From Minisyncoccota bacterium (GTDB taxonomy: Bacteria; Patescibacteriota; Microgenomatia; UBA1400; PJMF01), in assembly GCA_018646985.1 (NCBI GenBank), contig JABGTR010000004.1, positions 2,946 through 66,945 on the forward strand: a stretch of DNA of 64,000 nt, given 5' to 3'. The position numbers and the translations under genes are program-made. Below are positions 9,557 through 20,700 of the stretch, piece after piece (the stretch's first letter is position 1; each line of letters begins with the position of its first letter). The notes beneath the pieces were generated by a model. That model was not told the DNA's origin. It searched no databases and was given only the letters and a program-made list of their open reading frames with translations.

Positions 9557-10030
9557 TTATTTGTTTTTCTTTGCCTTAGTTGTTACTTTTTTCTTAGCCG
9601 GCGTGGCTACCTTAGTTTTTTTAGCTGTTTTCTTAGTTTCTTTTTTGGCAGCTTTCTTGACTTCTTTCTTAACTGCTACTTCTTTTTTAGGCTTATCTTC
9701 TTTGACTTCAAGCTCAACCATGACATGAGAAGTTCTCTTCATGATGCTATGAGCTCTGCCTCTACTCACAGCTCTCCATCTTTTATAAACGGAGCCTGGA
9801 GTGACTTGGATGCTAGATAAAACCAAGCTTTCAAAAGGTAAGCGATGATTATTCATCGCATTGGCAATTGCCTGCTTGACTACTTTTAAGATGCTTAAAC
9901 TAGCTCTTCTGTTTATCACAGCCAACTGACGCATGGCTTGTTCTAAAGACAAATCTTTGACTTCATTAGCCACCAATCGCATTTTGCGAGGTGTCTGTCT
10001 GATTTGTTTCTGTGTAGCTTTAATTTTCAT
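9557..10030 (-). CDS. rplV: 50S ribosomal protein L22 with lysine-rich C-terminal extension
   Basis: 157 aa; L22 core followed by EDKPKKEVAVKKEVKKAAKKETKKTAKKTKVATPAKKKVTTKAKKNK. Confidence 0.9.
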   Translation of the reverse strand: MKIKATQKQIRQTPRKMRLVANEVKDLSLEQAMRQLAVINRRASLSILKVVKQAIANAMNNHRLPFESLVLSSIQVTPGSVYKRWRAVSRGRAHSIMKRTSHVMVELEVKEDKPKKEVAVKKEVKKAAKKETKKTAKKTKVATPAKKKVTTKAKKNK

Positions 10031-10034
10031 ATCT

Positions 10035-10319
10035 TTAAGTCTTAGTAGCTGTTCGTTTCACCATTCTGCCGTGACCTCTAAAAGTACGAGTCAAGGAGAA
10101 CTCACCTAATTTATGTCCGACCATGTCTTCAGTGCAAAAAACTTCTTTGAACTCTCGACCCTGATGGACTGCAAAAGTATGTCCGACAAACTCAGGAGCA
10201 ATAGTACAATCACGAGACCAAGTCTTAATTGGAGTTTTTTGTCCAACCTGCTTTTGCTTCATGACCTTAGCGATTAGCTTTGGGTCAACATGTGGTCCTT
10301 TTTTACTTGATCTTCCCAT
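10035..10319 (-). CDS. rpsS: 30S ribosomal protein S19
   Basis: 94 aa; [11 protein letters not shown]...GHTFAVHQG conserved S19 motifs. Confidence 0.95.
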   Translation of the reverse strand: MGRSSKKGPHVDPKLIAKVMKQKQVGQKTPIKTWSRDCTIAPEFVGHTFAVHQGREFKEVFCTEDMVGHKLGEFSLTRTFRGHGRMVKRTATKT

Positions 10320-10339
10320 ATTTTTTGTCTTGTCTTACT

Positions 10340-11173
10340 TTATATTTTAACTCTTCTATCTCTAATAATAAACTTGCTACTCTTACGTTTACCACGAGTC
10401 TTTTTGCCCAAAGCATGTTTACCCCAAGGAGTCTTAGGATATTTCATACCCACCCCAGATCTACCTTCACCTCCTCCATGAGGATGTGAGCCTGGATGTT
10501 GAGCAACACCTCTCACGGTTGGACGGATACCCATCAATCTCTTTCGACCAGCTTTACCAATCTTTCGATTCTTCCAATCGTGATTTCCAACCTGGCCAAT
10601 TGTAGCGTAGCACTTGAGGTTAATCAAACGCAGCTCTTTAGATGGTAATTGGACAGTCGCATACTTACCTTCTTTAGCTTGGACATAGGCTGCTGTCCCT
10701 GCTCCACGGACTATCTGAGCACCTTTGCCTGGTGTCATCTCAAGATTATGAATCGGAATACCAATCGGCACATTACGTAACGGCATGGCATTACCAGTCT
10801 TAATCTCAACTTTTTCTCCAGCAATAACTTGATCGCCAATATTCAATTCGTCTGGGGCAACCATATATTTCTTTTCACCATCTGGGTAGATGATCAAAGC
10901 AATATTAGCGCTTCTCATTGGATCGTACTCAATTCTCTCGACTCGACCAGCAATATCTCGTTTTCGACGTTTCCAGTCAATAATACGCATTCTTTTCTTC
11001 ACCCCACCACCTCGATGACGCATGGTAATGTGACCTTTATAACCACGACCCTGACGTTTCTTATGGCCCTTGGCTAATAAAGATTTCTCTGGCTCACCTT
11101 TGTATAGATCGCTGCGATCTAAGACAACTTGGTGGCGAGTTCCAGGAGTAGTTGGTTTTCTTTTCTTTAACAT
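10340..11173 (-). CDS. rplB: 50S ribosomal protein L2
   Basis: Conserved L2 core (GRNxxGxITxRHRGGGxKRxYR). The ORF runs to 11194, but the ATG at 11173 (MLKKRKPTTPG) matches canonical L2 N-termini and removes the overlap with rplW. Confidence 0.93.
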   Translation of the reverse strand: MLKKRKPTTPGTRHQVVLDRSDLYKGEPEKSLLAKGHKKRQGRGYKGHITMRHRGGGVKKRMRIIDWKRRKRDIAGRVERIEYDPMRSANIALIIYPDGEKKYMVAPDELNIGDQVIAGEKVEIKTGNAMPLRNVPIGIPIHNLEMTPGKGAQIVRGAGTAAYVQAKEGKYATVQLPSKELRLINLKCYATIGQVGNHDWKNRKIGKAGRKRLMGIRPTVRGVAQHPGSHPHGGGEGRSGVGMKYPKTPWGKHALGKKTRGKRKSSKFIIRDRRVKI

Positions 11174-11174
11174 A

Positions 11175-11471
11175 TTATTGGTTGTAAATATCAAATAATT
11201 CTATATTGTCACCTTCTTTAAGAGTTGCCATAGCTTTTTTAACTTGGGCAATTTGCTTCTCTAAACGACGCTTGCCAGTTTTCTTAACACTTACATTTCT
11301 AGTAGTAGTGTTAATTCTCAATACAGTTACGCTATAAAGCTCTTCAATTGCTTCTTTGATTTGCTGCTTATTGGCTAATCGATCTACTTCAAAAGTGTAG
11401 GTATTGCTTGCGTTAGCCAGCTGCATTGATTTTTCAGTAATGATTGGTCGTTTTAAGATATATGGATTCAT
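11175..11471 (-). CDS. rplW: 50S ribosomal protein L23
   Basis: 98 aa between rplD and rplB. Confidence 0.88.
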   Translation of the reverse strand: MNPYILKRPIITEKSMQLANASNTYTFEVDRLANKQQIKEAIEELYSVTVLRINTTTRNVSVKKTGKRRLEKQIAQVKKAMATLKEGDNIELFDIYNQ

Positions 11472-11473
11472 TT

Positions 11474-12127
11474 TTAGCTATCTTTTTTGACTACTTTAAT
11501 ATGCTTAGCTAATTTTTCTTCAAGCTGTTTGAGAGCGTCTGTGGTGATAATGATCTTATCAGCTAAAGAAACCTCGTAGATATTGATTCGCTGTGCTCTA
11601 GTCACCACCACTCTTTGAATGTTTCTCAAACTTCTGATTATTTCTGGATTAGACTCAGTCAAAACAACTAAGATTTTTTCATTTTTATCTCTGATCTTAC
11701 TAAGCAACTCTACAGCTTGCTTGGTCTTACCAGTTAGCTCATTGAAGCCATCACAGACGACAATATTTTTTTGCTGAGCACTTAAAGCAGAGATCAATGC
11801 TTGAGACTTAAAACGTTTGGTGAGCTTAAGCTTCCAATTAGATAGGCCAGTTGGGCCATGGGCCACACCACCACCTACAAAAATTGGAGCATTTTTAGAA
11901 CCATGACGAGCATTACCAGTTCCTTTTTGAGCATATGCCTTCTTTTTAGTGCGGTTAACAGCAGATCTGTTTTTGACTTTACTAGTTCCTTGACGTTGAT
12001 TGGCTAAATAAACTCGAATGCCTTGAGAGAGCAATTTCTTATTTACTTCAGCATTAAAGACAGTTTCACTGGCTGTGACAGCAGTCTTACTTTTAGCACC
12101 AGTTTTTGTATAAGTAGTTAATTTCAT
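11474..12127 (-). CDS. rplD: 50S ribosomal protein L4
   Basis: 217 aa; expected position and L4-like pattern. Confidence 0.9.
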   Translation of the reverse strand: MKLTTYTKTGAKSKTAVTASETVFNAEVNKKLLSQGIRVYLANQRQGTSKVKNRSAVNRTKKKAYAQKGTGNARHGSKNAPIFVGGGVAHGPTGLSNWKLKLTKRFKSQALISALSAQQKNIVVCDGFNELTGKTKQAVELLSKIRDKNEKILVVLTESNPEIIRSLRNIQRVVVTRAQRINIYEVSLADKIIITTDALKQLEEKLAKHIKVVKKDS

Positions 12128-12864
12128 TATTTAGTTTCTTCCTCTTTAGACTCAGGTTCTGCAGCGACTTCCTTGACTACAATGCCTGAGGCATCATTAT
12201 CTAACTCAATCATTTTTTTATCACCAGTTTTAGTGATCTTAACTGTGGATGAATAAAATCCTGGTACTGGGCCGCTGAGCCAAACTTCGCCAGTTTCTTG
12301 ATCTAAATGAACTACTACTAAGCCACTGATAGTCTTAGTATCAGTTCCGTAGTGTCCAGGCATCTTTTTTCCTGGCCAAACACGACCTGGGTCTGTACCA
12401 GCACCGATTGATCCTGGAGCACGTTCTCGATCTGATTGACCATGAGTACGTTGACCACCACTGAATCCCCAGCGCTTCATGACGCCAGCAAAACCTCGAC
12501 CTTTAGTTATTCCTTGGACTTTAACTACATCACCCACTTCTAAAACTTGACCCACTTTAACAACATCGCCGATCTTGGTTTGATCAGCGCTATCATTTTC
12601 GTCTTGAGTTGAAGGAGTGAATTGTTTAACTCCTTGGAGTTGGGTTACACCTATAGAAAAACCACTCTTTTGCATTTTGCTGCGGAGTGGCTTAGACATG
12701 TTTTTTATTTTTTTCTGACCATAGCCAACTTCAAAAGTATCAGCTGATTTTTTATCAACTATTAAATTATCATCAGCTTTGCAACGAGTAATAGCCAGCC
12801 GCTTACCTTGTTTTGACCAGGCTTGGGTCATATCTAGTTTGGTGGCAAAAATACTGTATAACAT
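12127..12864 (-). CDS. rplC: 50S ribosomal protein L3
   Basis: 245 aa; KLDMTQAW near the N-terminus matches the L3 KVGMTQ motif; acidic C-terminal extension. Confidence 0.9.
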   Translation of the reverse strand: MLYSIFATKLDMTQAWSKQGKRLAITRCKADDNLIVDKKSADTFEVGYGQKKIKNMSKPLRSKMQKSGFSIGVTQLQGVKQFTPSTQDENDSADQTKIGDVVKVGQVLEVGDVVKVQGITKGRGFAGVMKRWGFSGGQRTHGQSDRERAPGSIGAGTDPGRVWPGKKMPGHYGTDTKTISGLVVVHLDQETGEVWLSGPVPGFYSSTVKITKTGDKKMIELDNDASGIVVKEVAAEPESKEEETK

Positions 12865-12935
12865 GGTTCTTTTTTTCTTTAATCAGCAAATTTAGTTTTA
12901 TCATTCTTTTTTTAAGAAGCCCTGACAACTTCTTG

Positions 12936-13265
12936 TTACATCTTGATTTGGATATCAACCCCTGCAGGTAACTCCAAATGCATTAACGAGTCAATTGTTT
13001 TACTCGTTGGGTTGACAATGTCAATCAACCGTTTATGGGTTCTAATAACGTATTTCTCCTGCGAATCCTTGTCCGTGTGTGGAGAGATAATCACCGTAAA
13101 CCATTTACGATGGGTTGGTAAAGGAATTGGTCCTTTAACCATCGCCCCAGTTGATAAAGCAGTCTCTAAAATCTTTTTACCAGCTTCATCGACTACTCGA
13201 TGATCATAAGATTTGAGTCTGACTCTAATTTTGTAGGCGTCGTTTTTCTTAGAACTTGTTGCCAT
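12936..13265 (-). CDS. rpsJ: 30S ribosomal protein S10
   Basis: 109 aa; [14 protein letters not shown] matches the S10 consensus; first gene of the S10 operon. Confidence 0.93.
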   Translation of the reverse strand: MATSSKKNDAYKIRVRLKSYDHRVVDEAGKKILETALSTGAMVKGPIPLPTHRKWFTVIISPHTDKDSQEKYVIRTHKRLIDIVNPTSKTIDSLMHLELPAGVDIQIKM

Positions 13266-13314
13266 ATTTTGTTAATGTTTTATTAGTTTCTATCTATACT
13301 TAAAACAAAGCGTG

Positions 13315-13343
13315 ATTATATCTGGTCTCTGCCTGGTTGTACA
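13315..13343 (-). promoter_or_regulatory. candidate sigma70-type promoter of the S10 operon (-35 TGTACA, 17-nt spacer, -10 TATAAT)
   Basis: Minus strand reads TGTACA-N17-TATAAT about 50 nt upstream of the rpsJ start and just downstream of the tuf terminator hairpin. Confidence 0.4.
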
Positions 13344-13407
13344 GAGTTATTTCGCTTTATTTATTTATTAAGACTAGGCGACTATTGTAACAGAGCTTTC
13401 TATAAAT

Positions 13408-13435
13408 GAAAAGTCCCGCCTCGGCGGGACTTTCC
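13408..13435 (-). terminator. Rho-independent terminator downstream of tuf
   Basis: Perfect GC-rich inverted repeat (gaaaagtcccgcc TCGG cgggacttttc), followed on the minus strand by a T-rich tract and located 17 nt after the tuf stop. Confidence 0.7.
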
Positions 13436-13451
13436 TCATATTTTAATTATA

Positions 13452-14648
13452 TTATTTTATAATTTTTGTAATTGCTCCAGCACCAATAGTGTGGCCACCT
13501 TCGCGGATAGCGAAGCGTAATCCATCAGCCATAGCTACAGGGACAATTAGCTTAACAGTCATCTTAGCGTTGTCGCCAGGCATGACCATTTCAACACCAT
13601 CAGGGAGAGCAATCTCTCCAGTTACATCAGTAGTTCTGATGTAAAACTGAGGTCTGTATCCGGTGAAAAATGGCTTATGACGACCACCTTCTTCTTTGGT
13701 TAAGATATATACTTCAGCTTCAAACTCGGTGTGAGGGCTAGCAGTGCCTGGCTTAGCCAAGACCTGACCACGTTCGATGTCATCTTTACCGATCCCTCTA
13801 AGGAGGATACCGACGTTGTCTCCAGCTTGACCATCGTCAAGTAATTTACGGAACATCTCGACACCTGTAACGGTGGTTTTAGCAGTATCTCTAATACCAA
13901 CCATCTCAATTTCTTCACCCACTTTGACTTTACCAGAGGCAATGCGACCAGTCACAACTGTACCGCGGCCTTTGATTGAAAAGACATCTTCGATTGGCAT
14001 TAAGAATGGTTTATCAAGATCGCGAACTGGCTCTGGAATGTATTCATCAACAGCGTTGATTAATTCCATCACTTTATCTTGAGCTTCAGCATCACCTTCG
14101 AGAGCTTTAAGAGCACTCACTCGGACTACTGGAGCATTATCACCATCAAATTTGTATTTAGTTAAGAGTTCCCTGACTTCCATTTCGACTAAGTCTAAGA
14201 GTTCAGGATCATCAACCATGTCAACTTTATTTAAAGCGACAATAATTTTTGGAACGTTAACTTGTTTAGCTAAGAGGATATGCTCTCTGGTTTGAGGCAT
14301 AGGACCATCATTAGCGGCGACTACCAAGATAGCACCGTCCATTTGAGCGGCACCGGTGATCATGTTTTTAATGTAATCAGCATGTCCTGGAGCATCAATA
14401 TGAGCATAATGACGTTTTTCAGTCTCGTACTCAATGTGGGAAATGTTAATTGTCACACCTCGAGCTGCTTCTTCAGGAGCATTGTCGATATCTAAATATC
14501 CAAGTGCTTTATTAATATCACTGGGCAGCTTGGCTGCTAATGTTTGGGTAATAGCGGCGGTTAGAGTAGTTTTACCATGGTCGACGTGACCAATGGTGCC
14601 CACGTTAACGTGAGTTTTATCTCTCTTGAATTTCTTGTCGTCTGACAT
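13452..14648 (-). CDS. tuf: elongation factor Tu
   Basis: 398 aa; [14 protein letters not shown] and NKVD G-motifs. Confidence 0.97.
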   Translation of the reverse strand: MSDDKKFKRDKTHVNVGTIGHVDHGKTTLTAAITQTLAAKLPSDINKALGYLDIDNAPEEAARGVTINISHIEYETEKRHYAHIDAPGHADYIKNMITGAAQMDGAILVVAANDGPMPQTREHILLAKQVNVPKIIVALNKVDMVDDPELLDLVEMEVRELLTKYKFDGDNAPVVRVSALKALEGDAEAQDKVMELINAVDEYIPEPVRDLDKPFLMPIEDVFSIKGRGTVVTGRIASGKVKVGEEIEMVGIRDTAKTTVTGVEMFRKLLDDGQAGDNVGILLRGIGKDDIERGQVLAKPGTASPHTEFEAEVYILTKEEGGRHKPFFTGYRPQFYIRTTDVTGEIALPDGVEMVMPGDNAKMTVKLIVPVAMADGLRFAIREGGHTIGAGAITKIIK

Positions 14649-14708
14649 ATTGTCTCCTTTTATGTTTGCTAATGTGTATAGCTAAATATTTTTTTACTTT
14701 TTACTAAA

Positions 14709-16832
14709 TTATTCAGATTTAGTTCTTTGCTTAATAATTTCTTCAGTGATGTTTGCTGGCACCTCTTGATAGTGACTTGGCAATAAAACACTAGAGGCAC
14801 GACCTTGAGTCATGCTTCTCAAAATTGTAACATAGCCTTGCATCTCTGCCAACGGGACCAATCCAGTAATAATCACCATCTTACCGCGATTAGTTGTCCC
14901 TTGGATCTGACCTCGGCGGCTACTTAAATCTCCAATCACATCTCCCATAAAATTATCCGGAGCAGTGACTTCAACTTTCATAATTGGCTCAAGTAGAATC
15001 ACATCAGCTTTAGATAAAGCATCTCGGAGGGCTAATGAGCCAGCCATCTTAAAAGCAACTTCACTAGAGTCAACATCGTGGAAGGATCCATCATAAACTG
15101 TGACTGAGAAATCAACCATTGGGTACTTGGCTAAATAACCACGCTCCATTGACTCGATAATACCTTTGTTAATTGGCTTGATAAATTCACGAGGAATAAC
15201 ACCGCCTTTGATTTCATCAATGTATTCGTATCCAGAACCAGGATCTGTAGGCTCAATCTTAATCAAACAGTGACCATACTGACCTCGGCCACCGGTTTGC
15301 TTAATGTATTTACCTTCACCTTCAGCATATTTCTTAATAGTTTCTTTGTAAGCTACTTGAGGTTTACCGACTCCAGCATCAACACTAAATTCACGTTTCA
15401 TCCGGTCGACAATAATCTCTAGATGCAGCTCACCCATTCCACCAATAATAGTTTGACCTGTTTCATGGTCAACTTCGATACTAAAGGTTGGATCTTCTTC
15501 AGAAAGCTTGTTTAAAGCCATCCCCATTTTTTCTTGATCAGCTTTAGTTTTAGGCTCAATTGCCAACGAAATAACTGGATCTGCAAAAGTAATTCTTTCT
15601 AACTCGATGGGGTGATCTTCATCACATAAGGTATCACCAGTAGTAGTATTTTTCAAACCAATCAAAGCTACAATCTCTCCAGCTTGCGCATACCCTATTT
15701 CTTCACGCTCATTAGCGTGCATCAAGAGTAATCTACCAACACGCTCCTTATTGCCAGAAGAAGAATTGTAAACATAACTTCCGGACTCAATTTTTCCAGA
15801 GTAGACTCTCATGTAAGTCAAACGACCCACATGAGGATCCGATTGAATTTTAAAAGCTAAGCCAGCGAAGGGTTCTTCTGGTTTAAGTGCGCGCTGCACT
15901 TCTTCATCTGTTTTAGGATTAATTCCATCGATATGATCAATATCCATTGGAGATGGTAAGTACTCAATGACTGCATCTAAAAGTGGCTGCACGCCAGTGT
16001 TCTTAAGTGAAGAGCCGGCCATGACTGGCACCAATTTATAATCAATTACAGCTTTTCGTAGAGCTGCTTTCAGATCATTAACTGCAATCTCTTCTTCCAT
16101 TAAAAACTTTTCCATTAGCGCATCATCTGTTTCAGCAATTGCTTCCACTAATTCAGCTCGTAGTTTCTTGGCTTCATCTTTATATTCATCTGGAATGTCT
16201 TTTATTTCGGGCTCAGTAGCAGTAGTTTTATCTTCCCAGAAATAAGCTTTCTCATCTAGTAACTGGATTACTCCTTGGAAACTATCTTCAGCTCCCATTG
16301 GTAAGTTTAAGATAGCTGGCTTAACACCAAATTTGTCTCTAATATCTTGGATAGTGGCCATAAAATCTGCCCCCAATTTATCCATCTTATTTACAAAACA
16401 AACTCGAGGCACATTGTACTTATCAGCTTGACGCCACACAGTTTCTGATTGGGATTGAACTCCTTCAGAAGCATCTAAAACAGTTACTCCGCCATCAAGA
16501 ACTCTTAGAGAGCGCTCAACTTCGGCAGTAAAATCAACATGTCCTGGAGTATCAATAATATTCAAACGGTAATCATCTTTAGCTAAGTGGGAATCAAAGT
16601 AAGGCTTCCAAAAAGCAGTGGTGGCAGCTGACATAATGGTGATGCCTCGCTCTTGTTCTTGAGCCATCCAGTCCATAGTGGCTTCACCTTCATGGACTTC
16701 ACCGATCTTGTAAGTTCGGCCAGTATAAAACAATATTCTTTCAGTAGTGGTGGTCTTACCCGCATCAATATGGGCAATAATACCAATATTACGAATCTTA
16801 TCTAGAGGAATTTTCTTCTGAGTTTTGGGCAT
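14709..16832 (-). CDS. fusA: elongation factor G
   Basis: 707 aa; [14 protein letters not shown] and NKMD motifs; EF-G domain IV/V signatures. Confidence 0.97.
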   Translation of the reverse strand: MPKTQKKIPLDKIRNIGIIAHIDAGKTTTTERILFYTGRTYKIGEVHEGEATMDWMAQEQERGITIMSAATTAFWKPYFDSHLAKDDYRLNIIDTPGHVDFTAEVERSLRVLDGGVTVLDASEGVQSQSETVWRQADKYNVPRVCFVNKMDKLGADFMATIQDIRDKFGVKPAILNLPMGAEDSFQGVIQLLDEKAYFWEDKTTATEPEIKDIPDEYKDEAKKLRAELVEAIAETDDALMEKFLMEEEIAVNDLKAALRKAVIDYKLVPVMAGSSLKNTGVQPLLDAVIEYLPSPMDIDHIDGINPKTDEEVQRALKPEEPFAGLAFKIQSDPHVGRLTYMRVYSGKIESGSYVYNSSSGNKERVGRLLLMHANEREEIGYAQAGEIVALIGLKNTTTGDTLCDEDHPIELERITFADPVISLAIEPKTKADQEKMGMALNKLSEEDPTFSIEVDHETGQTIIGGMGELHLEIIVDRMKREFSVDAGVGKPQVAYKETIKKYAEGEGKYIKQTGGRGQYGHCLIKIEPTDPGSGYEYIDEIKGGVIPREFIKPINKGIIESMERGYLAKYPMVDFSVTVYDGSFHDVDSSEVAFKMAGSLALRDALSKADVILLEPIMKVEVTAPDNFMGDVIGDLSSRRGQIQGTTNRGKMVIITGLVPLAEMQGYVTILRSMTQGRASSVLLPSHYQEVPANITEEIIKQRTKSE

Positions 16833-16838
16833 ATTTTT

Positions 16839-17315
16839 TTACCATCTAAAGTGGGCAAAAGCTTTGTTGGCATCAGCCATTTTGTGACTGGTGTCGCGGC
16901 GATTAATAGTTCCACCTTGTTCATTTAAAATATCAAGCATTTCTGCAGCTAATTTTTCTGCAAAAGAATGATGCTCTTTATTTAGTCTTTTATTAGCCTC
17001 ATTAACTAGCCATCTGAGGGCTAATGAATTAGCACGACGAGCTTTAACTGGCATTGGCACCTGATAAGATGCTCCACCGACTCGGCGTGTTCTAACTTCT
17101 ATCTGAGGCTTAATCTTTTCTAAAACCTCCTCATAAACTTCGAGGGGTTTTCTTTTAGTCTTTTCTTTAACAATCTCGAAAGCATTGTAGACCTGTTTTT
17201 GAGCAACAGTTTTCTTACCACTCTGCATAACTCTATTGATAAGCTGAGAAATTTTTACAGAACCATACTTAAGGTCTGGCTTAATATCTCGTGGGGGGAA
17301 TCTTTTTGTTCTCAT
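16839..17315 (-). CDS. rpsG: 30S ribosomal protein S7
   Basis: 158 aa; expected position in the str operon; S7-like pattern. Confidence 0.93.
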   Translation of the reverse strand: MRTKRFPPRDIKPDLKYGSVKISQLINRVMQSGKKTVAQKQVYNAFEIVKEKTKRKPLEVYEEVLEKIKPQIEVRTRRVGGASYQVPMPVKARRANSLALRWLVNEANKRLNKEHHSFAEKLAAEMLDILNEQGGTINRRDTSHKMADANKAFAHFRW

Positions 17316-17317
17316 AA

Positions 17318-17725
17318 TTAGCTTCTCTTGACACCATATTTACTGCGGCTGGTTTTACGATCAGTGACACCTTCACTATCATAAACACCACGGACCACAT
17401 GATACTTAACACCAGGTAAATCTTTGACTCTTCCACCTCTAACTAGGACTACACTATGTTCTGCTAAGTTATGACCTTCTCCTGGGATGTAAGCGGTGAC
17501 TTCAATCTTATTAGATAATCTGACACGAGCTACTTTACGCAGAGCAGAGTTTGGTTTTTTAGGAGTCATGGTTTTGACTACTGTACAAACTCCTCTCTTC
17601 TGAGGATTATTGGTCTTCACAGGCGAATTCTTAAGCATGTTAAAGCTACGTCTAAAGGCAGTAGACTTGACTCGCTTAGGTTTTGACTTGCGACCTTTTC
17701 TGACTAGTTGATTAATTGTAGGCAT
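17318..17725 (-). CDS. rpsL: 30S ribosomal protein S12
   Basis: 135 aa; [12 protein letters not shown] start and [10 protein letters not shown] motif. Confidence 0.96.
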   Translation of the reverse strand: MPTINQLVRKGRKSKPKRVKSTAFRRSFNMLKNSPVKTNNPQKRGVCTVVKTMTPKKPNSALRKVARVRLSNKIEVTAYIPGEGHNLAEHSVVLVRGGRVKDLPGVKYHVVRGVYDSEGVTDRKTSRSKYGVKRS

Positions 17726-17752
17726 AAGAGCGTGATTGTAACATAAACTAAC

Positions 17753-20700
17753 TTATACTTCTATCTGGGCTCTCTCTGGTGTAGTTGGAATCAAGCGCCC
17801 GATGATAACATTCTCTTTTAGACCGTCGAGGTAATCAATTGCTCCTTTGGAAGAAGCATTTGTGAGAACACTCTTGGTGTGCTGGAATGAAGCCGCTGAT
17901 AACCAGGAGTGAGTGTAAAGAGCACTTCTAGTAATACCTAGCAACATCACCTTAGCACTAGCTGGCTCGCCACCAGCTGCCATGATGTCATCATTACCTT
18001 GAATCAATTGACTTCTCTCTATCACTTCTCCAGTTAAGAACTCTGTATCACCTGATTTCTCAATTTTAACTTTATCACCCATCTTGCGGGCAATAACTTC
18101 AAAATGTTTGTCGTGGATAGTGATACCCTGAGATTCATAAACATACTGGACACTGTCAACGATATATTGTTGAGTGTGAAGTAAGCCTCTGACTAACAAG
18201 AGCTCACTTAAGTTAACACTACCAGCAGTTAAACTCTCTCCAGCTGCAATCAAATCTCCATCATCTACTATCAAAGCAGTATTTAAACTTACTTTGTAAG
18301 AAACTTCTTCTTTGGGTGAAGTGGTGGTAGTAATAGTAATCTCTATCTCTTTATCACCTTCATCAATTTTAACTTTTCCAGTTAACTCAGAGATGAGTGC
18401 CTTGCTCTTTGGGTTTCGAGATTCAAAAATTTCTTCGACTCTAGGTAAACCTTGAGTCACGTCTAAACCAACGATACCTCCAGAATGCTTGACCCTCATA
18501 GTCAGCTGAGTACCTGGCTCTCCAATTGATTGAGCGGCAGCTACACCGACTGGGACACCGATTTCGACAATCTTACGAGTTGAGAAATCCCAACCGTAAC
18601 AGTGAGCACACATCCCTTGAACGGCCTCACATGTAAGAGGGGATCTGACTTTAATTATAGTAATTTTTTCATCAGCAGCTATTTTTTCAGTCAAATCTGG
18701 AGTAATTACCTCTCCAACTTTAACTACTACTTTTGAATCAACCTTAATATCTTGTAAGGAAACTCTACCCAGGATGCGATCAGCAAAACTATTTGATCTT
18801 TCACCCTCTCTAATGATCTCAACCCCATTAGTGGTCCCACAATCATCTTGACGAATAATTACATCATGAGATACATCGACCAATCTTCTGGTTAGATAAC
18901 CTGCATCAGCTGTCTTTAAAGCTGAGTCAGTTAAACCTTTTCTGGATCCACGAGCTGATGTTACATACTCAAAGATTGATAATCCTTGTCTAAAGTTAGA
19001 TTTAGTTGGCATTTCCACAATATTTCCCAAAGGATCTACTACCAAACCTCTCATAGCAGCTAATTGCTTGACCTGATCTCTAGAAGCACGTGTACCTCCA
19101 GAATCAATAATCACTTTCACAGCATTATCCTTGCTATAAGAATCCCAAGTCTTATCAGCTACTTCTTCAGTCGTATCCATCCAAACTTGATTATTCAGTT
19201 TTTTACGCTCTTCATTTGTAACCAATCCCTCTTGATAACTATCTTGAATCTTCTCAACTTGCTTGTTAGCTCTATCGATAATCTGATCCTTTTCATCAAT
19301 CATTTCACAATCAACAACTGATACAGAGATACCTGAAAGAGTGGCGGCATCAAAGCCAAGATCTTTAATGTTATCAATCAATTTAGTGACTTCATCTCGA
19401 GGTTGAGTTTCGATAGCCAAAGTTACCAAGGCTTTAATTTTCTTGGCAGTAACTGCCTCATTAATGTAGTCAGTCCCATCTCCTAAAAGGAGATTAAATT
19501 GAATTCTACCGACAGTTGTCCTCACAATTTTAGTCTCTTTGTTTGAAACTAAACGAACCTTTACTGCCTGATGAAGATCAATTAAACCTATCTGATGAGC
19601 ATGAAAAGCTTCGTCTATGTCTGTGAAAATTGATGGGTACTCTGGCAGATCCTCATTCAAGATCGTCTGATAGTAAACTCCCATAGCCATCTCTTTATTA
19701 GGCATAGTGACGGGTTCACTATTAGCTGGTTTGAGCAAGTTCTGAGTTGACATTAATAAATCAACTTGTTCTTGCTGAGCTTGTTTGGTTAATGGTACGT
19801 GGACAGCCATTTGGTCACCATCAAAATCAGCATTATAGCCAGAACAGACACATGGATGAAGTCGAATCGCTTTTCCCTCAACTAAAATAGGATAAAAGGA
19901 TTGCATACCCAGCTTATGTAAGGTTGGTGCTCTATTTAGGATTACGGGATGGTTTTCAGTTACTTTTTCCAAAATGTCATAAACCTCAGGCTCACGACGA
20001 TCTATCAAGTGGCGAGCACTTTTTACATTTGGAGCAATGCCGTTGAGAATCAACTCTCGCAATACATGGGGCTTAAACATTTCTAACGCCATATCTTTAG
20101 GTAAACCACACTGGTTAAGTTTTAACTCAGGACCGACGACAATTACACTTCGCCCTGAATAATCGACTCTTTTTCCTAAAAGATTGCGACGGAATCGACC
20201 TTGCTTTCCCTTAAGCATGTCTGAGAGTGACTTTAGCTCTCGCTGTCGACGACGCTTAGTATTGCTTTGATCAATTAAAGAATCGACTGCTTCCTGGAGC
20301 ATTCGTTTTTCATTGCGTAAAATAATATCTGGAGCTCCCAAATCAATTAAGTGTTTCAAACGATTGTTGCGATTAATAACTCTTCTATAGAGATCGTTGA
20401 GATCAGAAGTAGCAAACCTACCGCCAGAAAGTTGGACCATTGGTCTCAAATCTGGTGGAATAACTGGCAAAGTGGTTAAGAACATCCAGCTAGGATCAAT
20501 CTCAGCTTTGCGCAAACCCTCAACTACTCTAAGACGCTTAATCATCTTAACTTTGCGAGCACCTTTGGAGTTAGTTATCTCTTCACGAAGGTAAACTACT
20601 AGAGAATCTAGATCTAACTCTTTTACCAACTCGAGAATGCTTTCAGCACCCATACCAACTCTAATGTGACCATCGGCATCATAATCAATTAGCTTGATGT

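Noticed and set aside
9254-9820. 188-aa plus-strand ORF
   Set aside because: Antisense to rpsC/rplV within the ribosomal operon; low-complexity Phe/Leu/Ser-rich translation; shadow ORF.
16583-16786. 67-aa minus-strand ORF inside fusA in another frame
   Set aside because: Nested within the well-supported EF-G coding frame; no features of an independent gene.
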